The translations under genes and the position numbers were made by a program. From a virus (lineage: Duplodnaviria > Heunggongvirae > Uroviricota > Caudoviricetes): DNA of 64,000 nucleotides. The notes beneath the pieces are model-generated. The model saw only the letters and a list, made by a program, of their open reading frames with translations, had not been told where the DNA came from and made no database searches. Below are positions 25,833 to 35,925 of the stretch, piece after piece; the first letter of the stretch is position 1; every line of letters starts with the position of its first letter. Where the stretch lies: the IMG/VR virus record IMGVR_UViG_3300033072_000187, positions 1 through 64,000 of that record. One strand, written 5' to 3'.

Positions 25833-26777
25833 ATGTCTAAAATCAAAGTAACACTAGCTAAAGATACAGAAGATTCTAAACTAAAGTTTCCTCTGTATAT
25901 TCAACCAAAGACTGATGGTAGCAGAGGTATCGTACAAGAGGGTAAGTTGTATGCACGTAGTCTAAAACAGCATGAGAATCTTCACGTAACTGCACAGTAT
26001 AATAATAGCGTATTTAACGGTTTAGATGGTGAGTTGATCGTAGGTGACAATCCTGCCGCACCTGATCTTTGCCGTAATACAAGTAGTGCTTTGCGTACTA
26101 TTCAGGGAACACCTGTAACTACTTTCTGGTGCTTTGATTACGTTACAGAAGTAACAATTAACCTGTCATATTCAGAACGGTATAAACAACTTTCAGATAT
26201 TGTAAACTACCTTAACAAACAAGGATATTCTTTTATTAAGATTGTACCTAACTACGAAGTTAGCAATCTACAAGAATATCATTACCTTCGAGATTCATTC
26301 CTCGAACAAGGATATGAAGGTTGTATTCTTCGTGATATGAAATCAAAGTATAAACAAGGTCGTTCATCTTCGGTTAAACCTGAACTGTGGCGCTATAAAC
26401 CATGGAGTACAGCAGAGATTAAGGTTACTCGCCTAATCGAAGAGATGAAGAATAACAATGCAGCTAAGGTTAATGAGTTAGGGCGTACTGCACGAAGTAC
26501 TCACAAAGAGAATCTTGTAGGTAAGCAAACGCTAGGTGCTATCGAAGGTATTCTTATTAACGACCTGCTGGATTACAAAGGTAAGGTAGTAGCTAAAGCA
26601 GGTACGGCTATTACTATCGGCACTGGCTGTCTAACAGAGAAAGAGTGCAAGTATTATTGGGATAATCCTGAAGAACTACTTAAGTCTTTGGTTGAATTTT
26701 CTTACATAAGTTATGGTCTAAAGGATAATGCAAGGTTCGCTAACTTTAAGAGAATTCGCTCAGAAAGAGATATGTAA
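25833..26777 (+). CDS. ATP-dependent DNA ligase
   Basis: Motif I KTDGSRG, motif III DGELIV, motif IV EGCILRD, motif V LWRYKP. Confidence 0.75.
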   Translation: MSKIKVTLAKDTEDSKLKFPLYIQPKTDGSRGIVQEGKLYARSLKQHENLHVTAQYNNSVFNGLDGELIVGDNPAAPDLCRNTSSALRTIQGTPVTTFWCFDYVTEVTINLSYSERYKQLSDIVNYLNKQGYSFIKIVPNYEVSNLQEYHYLRDSFLEQGYEGCILRDMKSKYKQGRSSSVKPELWRYKPWSTAEIKVTRLIEEMKNNNAAKVNELGRTARSTHKENLVGKQTLGAIEGILINDLLDYKGKVVAKAGTAITIGTGCLTEKECKYYWDNPEELLKSLVEFSYISYGLKDNARFANFKRIRSERDM

Positions 26778-26803
26778 TGAAAAGTATTAATTGAAGGTTA
26801 AAA

Positions 26804-27160
26804 ATGCAATCTCACAAAAGAAACCTTATTGATGATATGATCGAGGCTGCTAAAGCGACTTATCTTGAAAAGGTAGGACTGCATGAAAAGATTCTTGAAC
26901 ATATTGATAAAGAAAATACACACAGAAAAAATTTACCTTGGTATAAGAGAGTATTTTATCCTCAACTAAAAGCAGGAAATATTACGTTATTTGAAGATAA
27001 CGATCTTTTGTTTGCAGAAGAAAAAGCTAGACGGGACTTAAAACTATACGAACAACTTTATTACAGTTCGCTATACTATACTCCGGGAAAACGTAATATA
27101 GATAAGTTACCAGAAGAGGATTGTATATTTAAAATAGTAATTAAAGTATTCAAACATTAA
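26804..27160 (+). CDS. hypothetical protein
   Basis: Track ORF. Confidence 0.5.
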   Translation: MQSHKRNLIDDMIEAAKATYLEKVGLHEKILEHIDKENTHRKNLPWYKRVFYPQLKAGNITLFEDNDLLFAEEKARRDLKLYEQLYYSSLYYTPGKRNIDKLPEEDCIFKIVIKVFKH

Positions 27161-27170
27161 AGGAGATTAC

Positions 27171-28907
27171 TTGGCAAACTTTGTAAAACATGATTCCTGT
27201 CCTAATTGCGGGAGTAAGGACAATTTAGCAGTTTATGATGATGGAAGTTACTACTGTTTTAGTAATTGTGGTTATAAATCAGTAAGCGAAGAGTATAAAA
27301 AAGAAGCTAAAGCAAGTAACACAAAGTACAAGGAGAAAGATTTGGAAGAAACGATTAAAACTGGAAAACCTAAAATTACAGAAGAGCAAGCTGCTAAAGT
27401 AAAGAAAGACACCGGAGTAAATCCTAACGGATATAGGGGTATCCGGGCAGACATTAGTAAGCAGTTTGGTATTCGTTATGAGTATGCGGAGGATACAGGA
27501 GAAGTATCTGCTGTATATTATCCGTGTACAAGAGGATACGATCTTTCTGGATACAAACTACGAACACACCCTAAGACATTCTCAACACCTTATGGCGCAA
27601 CTGGAAAGGATTGTGAGCTATTTGGACAATTTAAATTCAAAACAATGTCTAATACTTGTCTGATTGTAGGTGGGGAACATGACACCTTAGCTGCGTTTCA
27701 GATGCTTTCTGATGCTCAGAAAAGTAAGCAATATGACCCTGTGGCTGTAGTTAGTCCTACTTGTGGAGAAACCTCTGCTTTTCGTCAGATTCAAGGGCAA
27801 TATTCTTTCTTTAATCAATTTAAGAAAGTAATTGTTGCAATGGATTCAGACGCAGCGGGGGAAGCTGCATTAGAAAAGATTGCTAAAGTTTTACCGCGTG
27901 GTAAAGTTCATGTAATGAAAATGCGCCGCAAAGACCCCAATTCTTATATTTGGGATAATTCAAGTTCAAAAGAAGTAAATGCAGAGCAAGAATTTATTAA
28001 TGATTTTTGGGCAGCAAAACCATATACTCCAGCAGGGGTACATGCAAGTACATCTTTGTATCAAGCAGCTTTAGATCGTATGGATTTAGACCTTATTCCT
28101 CTTCCAGATTTTATGAAAGTAGCTGCTGAGAAATTAGGGGGTGGTTTGGTCAAAAAAGAAATAACTCTAATACTCGCTAAAACGTCAATCGGAAAGACTA
28201 CTTTAATTTCTGGATTAACTCAGCATCTTGCTTTAAATGCTCAGGAGGAAGTGATTGGTGTACTATCTTTAGAGGCCGATGCTGGTAAGTTTAGCCAGAA
28301 TTTGTTATCATATCGTCTGCAAAAACCTCTACACAGAATGACCCAAGAAGAACGTGTAGAATTTTTGCAGCGAGAGGAAGTAGTCTCTAAAGTAAAAAGT
28401 CTTTATGAGAAGCCTGATGGTACTCCTACGCTTTATGTATGTGATGATCGCGGGGCAAATTGGGAAAGTATTAAAGAGAAAATTCTTGAAATGATTATTG
28501 CAATGGGGGTTACTGTACTTATTGTAGACCCATATTCTGACTTACTTTCTGGCATGTCAGTATCAGAGCAAGAAGAAGTTGCTACTTGGTTCAAAAAGAT
28601 TATGAAAGAATTTGAAATTACCCCGATTATTGTTAGCCATGTGAGGAAAAGTAGTACTGGAGCAAACTCAGGCGCTTTGACAGAAGATGATGCTCAGGGG
28701 AGTAGTTTTTTGATTAAAGCTGCTGGTCAAACTCTTGCATTAGAGAGGGATAAGCAAGCGCAAGACCCTGTCGAAAGAAATAAAACTACGATTAATATCT
28801 TGAAAAATAGGGATTTTTCAGAAACTGGCCCTGCTGGTGCAATGTATTATGATATTGCTACTGCGAATCTTTATGATTTCGATTCGTTCCTCAATGGAGA
28901 TATTTAA
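27171..28907 (+). CDS. T7 gp4-like DNA primase/helicase
   Basis: Zn ribbon CPNCGS...CFSNCG, TOPRIM region, Walker A ILAKTSIGKTT; TTG start behind AAGGAGA. Confidence 0.9.
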   Translation: MANFVKHDSCPNCGSKDNLAVYDDGSYYCFSNCGYKSVSEEYKKEAKASNTKYKEKDLEETIKTGKPKITEEQAAKVKKDTGVNPNGYRGIRADISKQFGIRYEYAEDTGEVSAVYYPCTRGYDLSGYKLRTHPKTFSTPYGATGKDCELFGQFKFKTMSNTCLIVGGEHDTLAAFQMLSDAQKSKQYDPVAVVSPTCGETSAFRQIQGQYSFFNQFKKVIVAMDSDAAGEAALEKIAKVLPRGKVHVMKMRRKDPNSYIWDNSSSKEVNAEQEFINDFWAAKPYTPAGVHASTSLYQAALDRMDLDLIPLPDFMKVAAEKLGGGLVKKEITLILAKTSIGKTTLISGLTQHLALNAQEEVIGVLSLEADAGKFSQNLLSYRLQKPLHRMTQEERVEFLQREEVVSKVKSLYEKPDGTPTLYVCDDRGANWESIKEKILEMIIAMGVTVLIVDPYSDLLSGMSVSEQEEVATWFKKIMKEFEITPIIVSHVRKSSTGANSGALTEDDAQGSSFLIKAAGQTLALERDKQAQDPVERNKTTINILKNRDFSETGPAGAMYYDIATANLYDFDSFLNGDI

Positions 28908-28908
28908 T

Positions 28909-29631
28909 ATGAAAAGAGAAAGTTTGGTAGGTAAGGTATTTGATCGATTAGAAGTATTAGAACTGTATGGTACTGATAAACGAGGAAAACGACTATGGAA
29001 ATGTAAATGCTCTTGTGGTAATCCAGAATTCAGTATTGTAAGAACTGAGACTTTGAATTCTGGAAACGCAAGGAGTTGTGGCTGCCTTAGGAATGAGAAA
29101 TCTAAAGAAAGAATGACAAAACATGGATTGAGATTTCATAAGGACTACAAGGTCTGGTTAAATATGAGAAACAGGTGTGGTAATCCAAATAATCCAGATT
29201 ATAATCTTTATGGAGGAAGAGGTATCACAGTCTGTAAAGATTGGGATAGTTTTGTTAAATTCTTAGAAGATATGGGAGAACGACCTTCTATTGAATATTC
29301 AATAGAAAGAATTGATGGAGATGGTAACTATTGCAAAGAAAATTGTAAGTGGGCTTTGCAAGTTGAACAGACCAGAAATGTATCAATGAAATCAAATAAT
29401 ACTTCCGGTTTTACCGGAGTACATTTAGTATCTACAGTGGTAAAAGGTGTTAGCTATCAATCTTGGGTGGCAAGTTGGAGTTCCTTAGACGGTAAAAGCA
29501 ATAGGAAGTGGTTTTCGATCTTAAAATACGGATACGAAAAAGCCAAGGAACTTGCTATTGAGTATAGGAAATCAAAGATTGAAGAACTTAATAAAGAAGG
29601 TGCTGGCTACTCAGATCGGCATGGAACATAG
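28909..29631 (+). CDS. putative free-standing homing endonuclease (Cys-box N-terminus plus AP2-like DNA-binding domain)
   Basis: W.C.C.CGN...SCGC box; C-terminal GFTGVH...YQSWVASW AP2-like; lies between primase-helicase and polymerase. Confidence 0.5.
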   Translation: MKRESLVGKVFDRLEVLELYGTDKRGKRLWKCKCSCGNPEFSIVRTETLNSGNARSCGCLRNEKSKERMTKHGLRFHKDYKVWLNMRNRCGNPNNPDYNLYGGRGITVCKDWDSFVKFLEDMGERPSIEYSIERIDGDGNYCKENCKWALQVEQTRNVSMKSNNTSGFTGVHLVSTVVKGVSYQSWVASWSSLDGKSNRKWFSILKYGYEKAKELAIEYRKSKIEELNKEGAGYSDRHGT

Positions 29632-29694
29632 CTCTTTACAAGAGGAAACCCTTTGTGTTATCCTCTTTCTTTATTTCTAATCGAAAGGTAAATT

Positions 29695-31425
29695 ATGGAT
29701 TTGACAAAATTCTTCATTTACGATATTGAAACCTACAAAGAATTATTTTCTTTTAGTGTAGTACGTGCTGATGGAAAACTAAAAAGTACATTTCAATGCT
29801 CAAAGTTCAAGAATGAAATTGATCGTATTCGTAACTGTATTTCTTATCTCAAGGATAATGATTGTTATCTTGTAGGTTTTAACAACAATCAATTTGACTA
29901 CCCTGTAATACATGAATTGTTAAACAAGAATTTACCTAAGACAGGTACTAGTATTGCAAACAAAGTATATTCAATTGCTCAGAAACAAATTGAATCTTTC
30001 AGAGATGGTGGATTTGGTAATACTATTAAGTACGAAGATCAGATCGTAAAACAAATTGACTTGTTCAAAATTCATCATTTTGATAACAAGGCAAAAATGA
30101 CCAGTCTGAAAATGATTGAATTTAATTTACGAATGGAAAATCTAAAAGATTTACCTTATGGTATTGAAGCAGAACTTAACGAAGAAATGATTGATGAAAT
30201 TTTACGTTATAACGAACATGACGTAGAAGCTACTCGTCTATTTTTCCTTGAGTCCATGAGTCAAGTACAGTTCCGTATTGATCTAACTGAAAAATATGGT
30301 AAGGGTTTCCTGAATCATAACGATCCTAAAATCGGAACTGATTACTTTCAAATGGAATTAGAAAACTCAGGTATTAAATTACGTGAGTTTAAAGACGGCA
30401 AATCTATTATTAAACAATCTAAACGGAGTTCTATTAACTTGGCCGATTGTATGCTTGATTATTACAATTTTGCTAGGCCAGAATTTGTTGCACTTAAGGA
30501 TTGGTTTAGTAAGCAAGTAATTACCGAAACAAAAGGTGTGTTCTCGGATATTGAAGAACATCTGTTGTTTGATGTTGCTAAATATGCAGAACTTACGGTT
30601 AAACGAAAGAAGTTCAAGGGTAAACCTTCGGATGAAGATTTGGTTCAATTCAAGAAAGAACACCCTCTTGGTTGGATCGAAGAAGAAGAATTGAAAGCTA
30701 CAGAATACGCGTTTGATTCTGAAGGTAATCACATCATGGAATATCCGTTAGATTCTGATGGAGTACCTGACCTTACCAAGAAGATGAAGAAGAAACGAGT
30801 TCCTAAGAAATCATATTGGGGTTGCTGGAAGGTTGCTGAAACTTTAAATGTAGTAGTTGATGGGTTTAGATTTGATTTCGGTACAGGTGGTATTCACGGT
30901 AGTTTAGAAAACCGAGTTGTTAATGAAACTAAAAACTGGAACATTGTAGATTTAGATGTTTCTAGCTTCTATCCTAATCTTGCAATTTCTAATAGGTTAT
31001 ATCCCGAGCATCTTGGGGAAAAGTTCTGTGATATTTATAAGGACATATATGATCAACGCAAAACATACCCTAAAGGCTCTGCTGAGAATGCAATGTTAAA
31101 ATTGGCTCTAAACGGGACATTTGGAAAGTCTAATGATAAATTCAGTATTTTTTATGACCCTAAGCTTACCATGTCTATTACTATTGGTGGTCAATTAACC
31201 CTTTGTTACCTTATTGATTTATTTTATCAAAATAATGTCAATTTTAAAATGGTAATGGCTAATACTGATGGTATCACCATTTGTGTAACTAAGAATAATG
31301 ACGGTAAAATGATGGATGTTGTAAAACAATGGGAAAATAAAGTAAAACTTGAAATGGAGCGAGTTGATTATTCTAAAATGTTCATAGCAAATGTTAATAA
31401 TTATATTGCGGTATATAAAGAATGA
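29695..31425 (+). CDS. family B DNA polymerase, exonuclease plus palm portion (split gene, part 1)
   Basis: Exo I YDIET, Exo II NNNQFD, Exo III YNEHDV; motif A DLDVSSFYPN, motif B KLALNGTFGK, motif C ANTDGI. Confidence 0.8.
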   Translation: MDLTKFFIYDIETYKELFSFSVVRADGKLKSTFQCSKFKNEIDRIRNCISYLKDNDCYLVGFNNNQFDYPVIHELLNKNLPKTGTSIANKVYSIAQKQIESFRDGGFGNTIKYEDQIVKQIDLFKIHHFDNKAKMTSLKMIEFNLRMENLKDLPYGIEAELNEEMIDEILRYNEHDVEATRLFFLESMSQVQFRIDLTEKYGKGFLNHNDPKIGTDYFQMELENSGIKLREFKDGKSIIKQSKRSSINLADCMLDYYNFARPEFVALKDWFSKQVITETKGVFSDIEEHLLFDVAKYAELTVKRKKFKGKPSDEDLVQFKKEHPLGWIEEEELKATEYAFDSEGNHIMEYPLDSDGVPDLTKKMKKKRVPKKSYWGCWKVAETLNVVVDGFRFDFGTGGIHGSLENRVVNETKNWNIVDLDVSSFYPNLAISNRLYPEHLGEKFCDIYKDIYDQRKTYPKGSAENAMLKLALNGTFGKSNDKFSIFYDPKLTMSITIGGQLTLCYLIDLFYQNNVNFKMVMANTDGITICVTKNNDGKMMDVVKQWENKVKLEMERVDYSKMFIANVNNYIAVYKE

Positions 31426-32063
31426 AGTATAATAACGGTAAGTCGGGAATTTATATAATCACCAATCTTGTGAATGGTAAAGTTTATATAGGTAAAACTA
31501 AAAATTTTTATAAAAGATATTATCAGTATTTGTACTCGATTGAAACTAAGGATACTAGAAAGATAAATAATTATCTATTATCTTCTATAGAAAAGTATGG
31601 GATTGAAAATTTCTCATTCGAGGTACTGGAATTCTGTAGTATCGAACTTACATCTGAAAGAGAGTTATATTGGATAGAATTTTACAATTCAATAAATCGA
31701 GATTCTGGATATAATCTTAGGTTGGATTCATCTACTGGTATGATTGTTCACAAAGATACCTCAGAGAAGATTTCTAATAGACTTAAACTCGAATGGGAAA
31801 CCGGAATTAGAGATAGTCATTCTGATAAACTTAAAGCGAGTTGGGAATATAGAGATAGATCAGTTCAAAGTAAGTTATTTTCTGAAACTTTGACCAAATA
31901 TAAGTATATTGTCACTAATACGGATGGTATGTCATTGGAAATGTATTATAAAGACTTATTGAAAAATAAGTTAAATAATGTTATCTCTAAGTTCCATAAA
32001 TTGAAAACTAACATTGTAGAATTTAAAGGATTTGTAATAGAAAGGATACTAAATGAAAGTTAA
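31422..32063 (+). CDS. GIY-YIG homing endonuclease
   Basis: SGIYIITNLVNGKVYIGKTKNFYKR; overlaps both polymerase parts. Confidence 0.85.
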   Translation: MKYNNGKSGIYIITNLVNGKVYIGKTKNFYKRYYQYLYSIETKDTRKINNYLLSSIEKYGIENFSFEVLEFCSIELTSERELYWIEFYNSINRDSGYNLRLDSSTGMIVHKDTSEKISNRLKLEWETGIRDSHSDKLKASWEYRDRSVQSKLFSETLTKYKYIVTNTDGMSLEMYYKDLLKNKLNNVISKFHKLKTNIVEFKGFVIERILNES

Positions 32064-32517
32064 ACGTAAAGGATTATATCAGTATGAAAACCTAGAATGG
32101 CATAAGAATCAATCTGCTTTAGTAATCCCTATGGCAGCCAGCGCCAATATGCTAGAAGGTAAAGACTTGCGCGAGTTTATCGAAGGTCATTTTAAGGAAG
32201 GTAACGTATTTGATTTTATGTTACGCACTAAAGTTGATCGGAGTTCTAGGTTAGTTCTTGTTGATGAAAATGGTAACGATATTGAACAACAGCGTATTTG
32301 CAGGTATTATCCCTCTAAGAACGGATACAAGATGGTCAAGATCATGAAACCGCTTGAGGGAAATACAGAAGATCGCAGACTTTCTATTGAGTCCGCTTGG
32401 TTGGTTAAGACTTGCAATGACATGAAAGACTTTGATGGTGATGTAGATTTCGATTACTACACCACAGAAGCCCAAAAACTAGTAATCCAAGATCAAACTT
32501 TGAAGAATAGTACTTGA
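32053..32517 (+). CDS. probable C-terminal (thumb) part of the family B DNA polymerase
   Basis: Position immediately after the inserted endonuclease gene; part 1 ends ~35 aa after motif C. Confidence 0.4.
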   Translation: MKVKRKGLYQYENLEWHKNQSALVIPMAASANMLEGKDLREFIEGHFKEGNVFDFMLRTKVDRSSRLVLVDENGNDIEQQRICRYYPSKNGYKMVKIMKPLEGNTEDRRLSIESAWLVKTCNDMKDFDGDVDFDYYTTEAQKLVIQDQTLKNST

Positions 32518-32571
32518 CAAACACTAAATCTTAATTTACACTAACAACATCTTAATTAAAGGAGAATAATT

Positions 32572-33021
32572 ATGCCTAAGCATGATATTAAATTCTACCC
32601 CGAGCGTCCGGGTGAAATCGATATTATTTATACAACAGCCCTAGATCATATCCAAACACTTAAAGCGTACATGCCGGAGGATAGGGCAAAAGACTTTTGT
32701 GATACATTACAAAAAGCCTTAGAAAAGGAACCCGACTATCAAGCGGCTGTAAGAAAGCTATTACGTGATTATTTTATTAGGTGTAATAATGAAAATAAAC
32801 AGCATTTTTGGTTGTATGATACATTCTTTCGTACAATAACTGAAGGTGAATCTGAGGAAGTATTCCCTTTTAACGTATGGATTCCGGCAATGGTAGGTAC
32901 AGGTTATTACATCTACCTTAATACACTAGAAGAAGCGAAGAAGGTTGCAATCCAAGACATAAAAGAACAGATTGAAACTTTAAAAGAAAGTCTTATTGAA
33001 ATTGAAAATATGAAAGGATAA
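32572..33021 (+). CDS. hypothetical protein
   Basis: AAGGAGAATAATT-ATG. Confidence 0.5.
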   Translation: MPKHDIKFYPERPGEIDIIYTTALDHIQTLKAYMPEDRAKDFCDTLQKALEKEPDYQAAVRKLLRDYFIRCNNENKQHFWLYDTFFRTITEGESEEVFPFNVWIPAMVGTGYYIYLNTLEEAKKVAIQDIKEQIETLKESLIEIENMKG

Positions 33022-33023
33022 TC

Positions 33024-33239
33024 ATGCAAAAACAAACTAACCTATACAGTTATATCCCTCTGGCTTCACCTCAATACCCTTGGTATCTAGCTAAACTTCG
33101 TAATGCTTGGATCGCTTTGTTAGCACCGCCTAACAAGCTATTCGTTCAAGTTATGAATGAAGGAGCAGATAAGTTCGAAGAGCTTGACAAAAAGATTCAA
33201 GATGGTAAAATCCCTATTACTTTCTTTACTAAACTTTAA
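33024..33239 (+). CDS. hypothetical protein
   Basis: Track ORF. Confidence 0.45.
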   Translation: MQKQTNLYSYIPLASPQYPWYLAKLRNAWIALLAPPNKLFVQVMNEGADKFEELDKKIQDGKIPITFFTKL

Positions 33240-33251
33240 GGAGAATACTAA

Positions 33252-33524
33252 ATGCAAGAATTAACTAAAATTACATATAACGCTGAAACGAAGAAAGGGA
33301 AGCTGAAAGCTTATCAAGGCTACTCTCCGGGTGTAGATGTCCTTTGTAAATTTAAAGATACAGGTAATGGATATATCTTTAAATTTCCTAGTTATAGTAG
33401 TATTTATCGAGATAATTACATTTGTATGGATTACGATGAAGCAGAATACTTGTATAAAGTATTCAATTTCTTAGGAAAACGAGAGGGTTGGGATTCATGT
33501 AATGAAGGAGAAACCAATGTATAA
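33252..33524 (+). CDS. hypothetical protein
   Basis: AAGGAGAATACTAA-ATG. Confidence 0.45.
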   Translation: MQELTKITYNAETKKGKLKAYQGYSPGVDVLCKFKDTGNGYIFKFPSYSSIYRDNYICMDYDEAEYLYKVFNFLGKREGWDSCNEGETNV

Positions 33525-33729
33525 AGTAAAACTTAACGGTGGGTATTTTGACTGCGATATTACAGAAGTAAATTCAAAAGGAGAAATTGTTTATTTTGAT
33601 GTTTATCTTCATGGTATTTGGTTGAATGACATGCTTAATTGTAAAACTTTAGAATTTATTAAAAAAGAGTTGCAATTTAAGAATGAGTATGCTAAAGTGC
33701 TTAACTATGATTATGTTATGGGAGAATAG
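33517..33729 (+). CDS. hypothetical protein
   Basis: Start moved to the ATG behind AAGGAGAAACCA. Confidence 0.45.
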   Translation: MYKVKLNGGYFDCDITEVNSKGEIVYFDVYLHGIWLNDMLNCKTLEFIKKELQFKNEYAKVLNYDYVMGE

Positions 33730-33731
33730 CA

Positions 33732-33992
33732 GTGAAGGTTAAAGTAGAGGATTGGACTAACCGTTCAGTTACTGAAGATAAATACCCTTGTTTGAAAGTT
33801 TCAAAAGAAAATAAATGCGGGTTGAAAGGGGATTTTTATGTTTTATTTACTAGGAAGAATCACGGGACGATTCTATCAGTGACGAACAATGAAGATGGTA
33901 TTCTTTATGTAGGAAAAGATTGCGGTTTTGATGAAAATGATTTTGAACCGTTTTACGGGAAAATCGTCTTTGAAAACTTTATTGGAGAATAA
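33732..33992 (+). CDS. hypothetical protein
   Basis: GTG start behind GGAGAATAGCA. Confidence 0.45.
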   Translation: MKVKVEDWTNRSVTEDKYPCLKVSKENKCGLKGDFYVLFTRKNHGTILSVTNNEDGILYVGKDCGFDENDFEPFYGKIVFENFIGE

Positions 33993-34212
33993 TTTGCTAA
34001 CTTCTATATTAGACCCTCCTGTTGTAAGTAAAGAATTTTTAAACTTTTCTTTAAAAGGAGATTGTATTAGTACAAATCTTATGTTACAATGGATCATTCA
34101 ATTTATCTGTATGTTATTTGGTACATACGGTATGACTTGGATTAAAGAACTACTATTTGGTTTATAAGTTGTCTGTAAACAACTTGTGTTTATATTATGA
34201 AAGGAAGTAAAT

Positions 34213-35256
34213 ATGGCTTTTAATGCTTATGGTTCTAAACAAACAGCAGGTTCTTCAGCAGTAAGTGAAATTGACTGGAATGCTCTGAACGAGTATGTTG
34301 TAGAGACTTGTGATATTGCTGATAAACCTGCTACCATTGCAGGGTATGTAGCTGCAATCGTTGATCTTGGTACTCAACCACTTCCAGACGCTGAGTATGT
34401 CTTTGAAGGCACAGAAGAGGAAGAAGAAGAAATTATTGAAGCAAACCCTAATACATACTTCAAGGACGGTATTAACCCTGATACTAAGAAGCCTTGTCGT
34501 TTGAAATGCTTTCCTCAGAAAGATGCACAATGCGTAGCTGTTGCAGTAGATTTCCCTGATATTATGCTCAATAAAGGTCAATTCTTTGGGGATGCCAATG
34601 CAGAAGAAAAGCCTTTACGGCTATGGCTCGGTGGGCAATTCTATAAAGAAGGTGTTGGTTTTACTATTGCACGTCCTACGCCTTTGAAGGTTACTAACCT
34701 TGATAAAACTCGTGCAACTAAGAAATGGTCTTTCGCAAAGAATCATCTGTTTTATAAAATGGCTGTTGCTGGCGGAGTTATTAAGAAAGATGAATGTTTC
34801 CTTCCTGAACGTATTGATGAACTTCTTGGTAAGTCTTTCTTGTTTGAAATCCAAGTATTCTTTAAAGAAGGTGTAGGTAAGAATAAAGGTAAGAAATACT
34901 ATACGGAAAATATTAAATTCACAGGTGCATTGGTTCGTGGTATGAAAGAACCTGAGAAAGTTACTACCCCTTTCATTATTCAATTTGATGAAAATAACGA
35001 TCTTAAATCTGTAAAAGAATTGAATAGTCGAGTAGTCAATACTATCAAGATTGCTTCTAATTTTAAAGGTAGTGCTATTGAAGAGCAACTTGCAAAGGCT
35101 TGGCAATCTTCTGGTTCTGAAGGTTCTTCAGAGCAGGAGGATACAGTTAAAGAGGAAGCACCTGTTGTTAAGAAAGAAGTCAAGAAGAAAGTTCCTCCTA
35201 AAGTACAAGAGGATACTTCCGAAGATGATGACTTAGAATCAGATTTACCTTTTTAA
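34213..35256 (+). CDS. putative ssDNA-binding protein with an acidic C-terminal tail
   Basis: C-terminus ...SEDDDLESDLPF resembles the SSB tip (DDDIPF); acidic patches; replication-module context. Confidence 0.4.
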   Translation: MAFNAYGSKQTAGSSAVSEIDWNALNEYVVETCDIADKPATIAGYVAAIVDLGTQPLPDAEYVFEGTEEEEEEIIEANPNTYFKDGINPDTKKPCRLKCFPQKDAQCVAVAVDFPDIMLNKGQFFGDANAEEKPLRLWLGGQFYKEGVGFTIARPTPLKVTNLDKTRATKKWSFAKNHLFYKMAVAGGVIKKDECFLPERIDELLGKSFLFEIQVFFKEGVGKNKGKKYYTENIKFTGALVRGMKEPEKVTTPFIIQFDENNDLKSVKELNSRVVNTIKIASNFKGSAIEEQLAKAWQSSGSEGSSEQEDTVKEEAPVVKKEVKKKVPPKVQEDTSEDDDLESDLPF

Positions 35257-35316
35257 GTAATTACTAAAATCTATACCAACGGGAGGAAATTCCTCCCTCT
35301 ATTAAGGGGAAGTAAA

Positions 35317-35460
35317 ATGAACTTTAACATCCGTAGTTTCCTAGCATTTCCTTTTAGGGCAGCAAGTGTCGTAGTACAACTTACCGCTAGTATTGTATTT
35401 ATCCCTTTGCTTATTCTTACGGTTACATTTAACTTTTTAACAGCAATTATTGAAGATTGA
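35317..35460 (+). CDS. small membrane protein (47 aa)
   Basis: Read by hand; hydrophobic. Confidence 0.3.
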   Translation: MNFNIRSFLAFPFRAASVVVQLTASIVFIPLLILTVTFNFLTAIIED

Positions 35461-35469
35461 GGAGAACTT

Positions 35470-35706
35470 ATGATTTCAGATCAAGTAATGAAAGATCACT
35501 TTGAAAAAGTAGTACAGATTGTGCATGAAAAATCTTTGTTAGACGAAGATATTAAACTTATTAAACAAACCCTGAAAGATGAAGGAGTAGAAACTGAAGA
35601 TATTAAAGCCTTTATTCAAGCTGCTACAGCGAAAGCTAAAGAAAAGACTGAAGAAGTCGTTAGTGGAGCGTCAAAAGTTACGGAAATGATTGAACGTTTT
35701 GCTTGA
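35470..35706 (+). CDS. hypothetical protein
   Basis: GAGGAGAACTT-ATG. Confidence 0.45.
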   Translation: MISDQVMKDHFEKVVQIVHEKSLLDEDIKLIKQTLKDEGVETEDIKAFIQAATAKAKEKTEEVVSGASKVTEMIERFA

Positions 35707-35775
35707 GTAATTCTAACGAAGGAGGTACTTTATTGTACTTTCTTCGTTTTATTGTTTGTACTAGGGAGAGTTGAT

Positions 35776-35925
35776 ATGATATTTAAGCGTATGCTCTGTA
35801 ATCACGATTTTAAATTTAAGCGCAATATTTATGGTGACGAAATTATTGAACATAGTTGGAATAGAAGCGTTTGCGTTTGTACAAAGTGCAACAAATTGAA
35901 ACTAGATAGGTTATTGCATGACTAA
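35776..35925 (+). CDS. small Zn-ribbon protein (49 aa)
   Basis: CNH...CVCTKCN; read by hand. Confidence 0.35.
   Translation: MIFKRMLCNHDFKFKRNIYGDEIIEHSWNRSVCVCTKCNKLKLDRLLHD

Noticed and set aside
35281-35297. GGGAGG-aaatt-CCTCCC hairpin after the SSB-like gene as a terminator
   Set aside because: No T-tract follows it and the downstream genes continue on the same strand. It is more likely a local RNA structure than a terminator.
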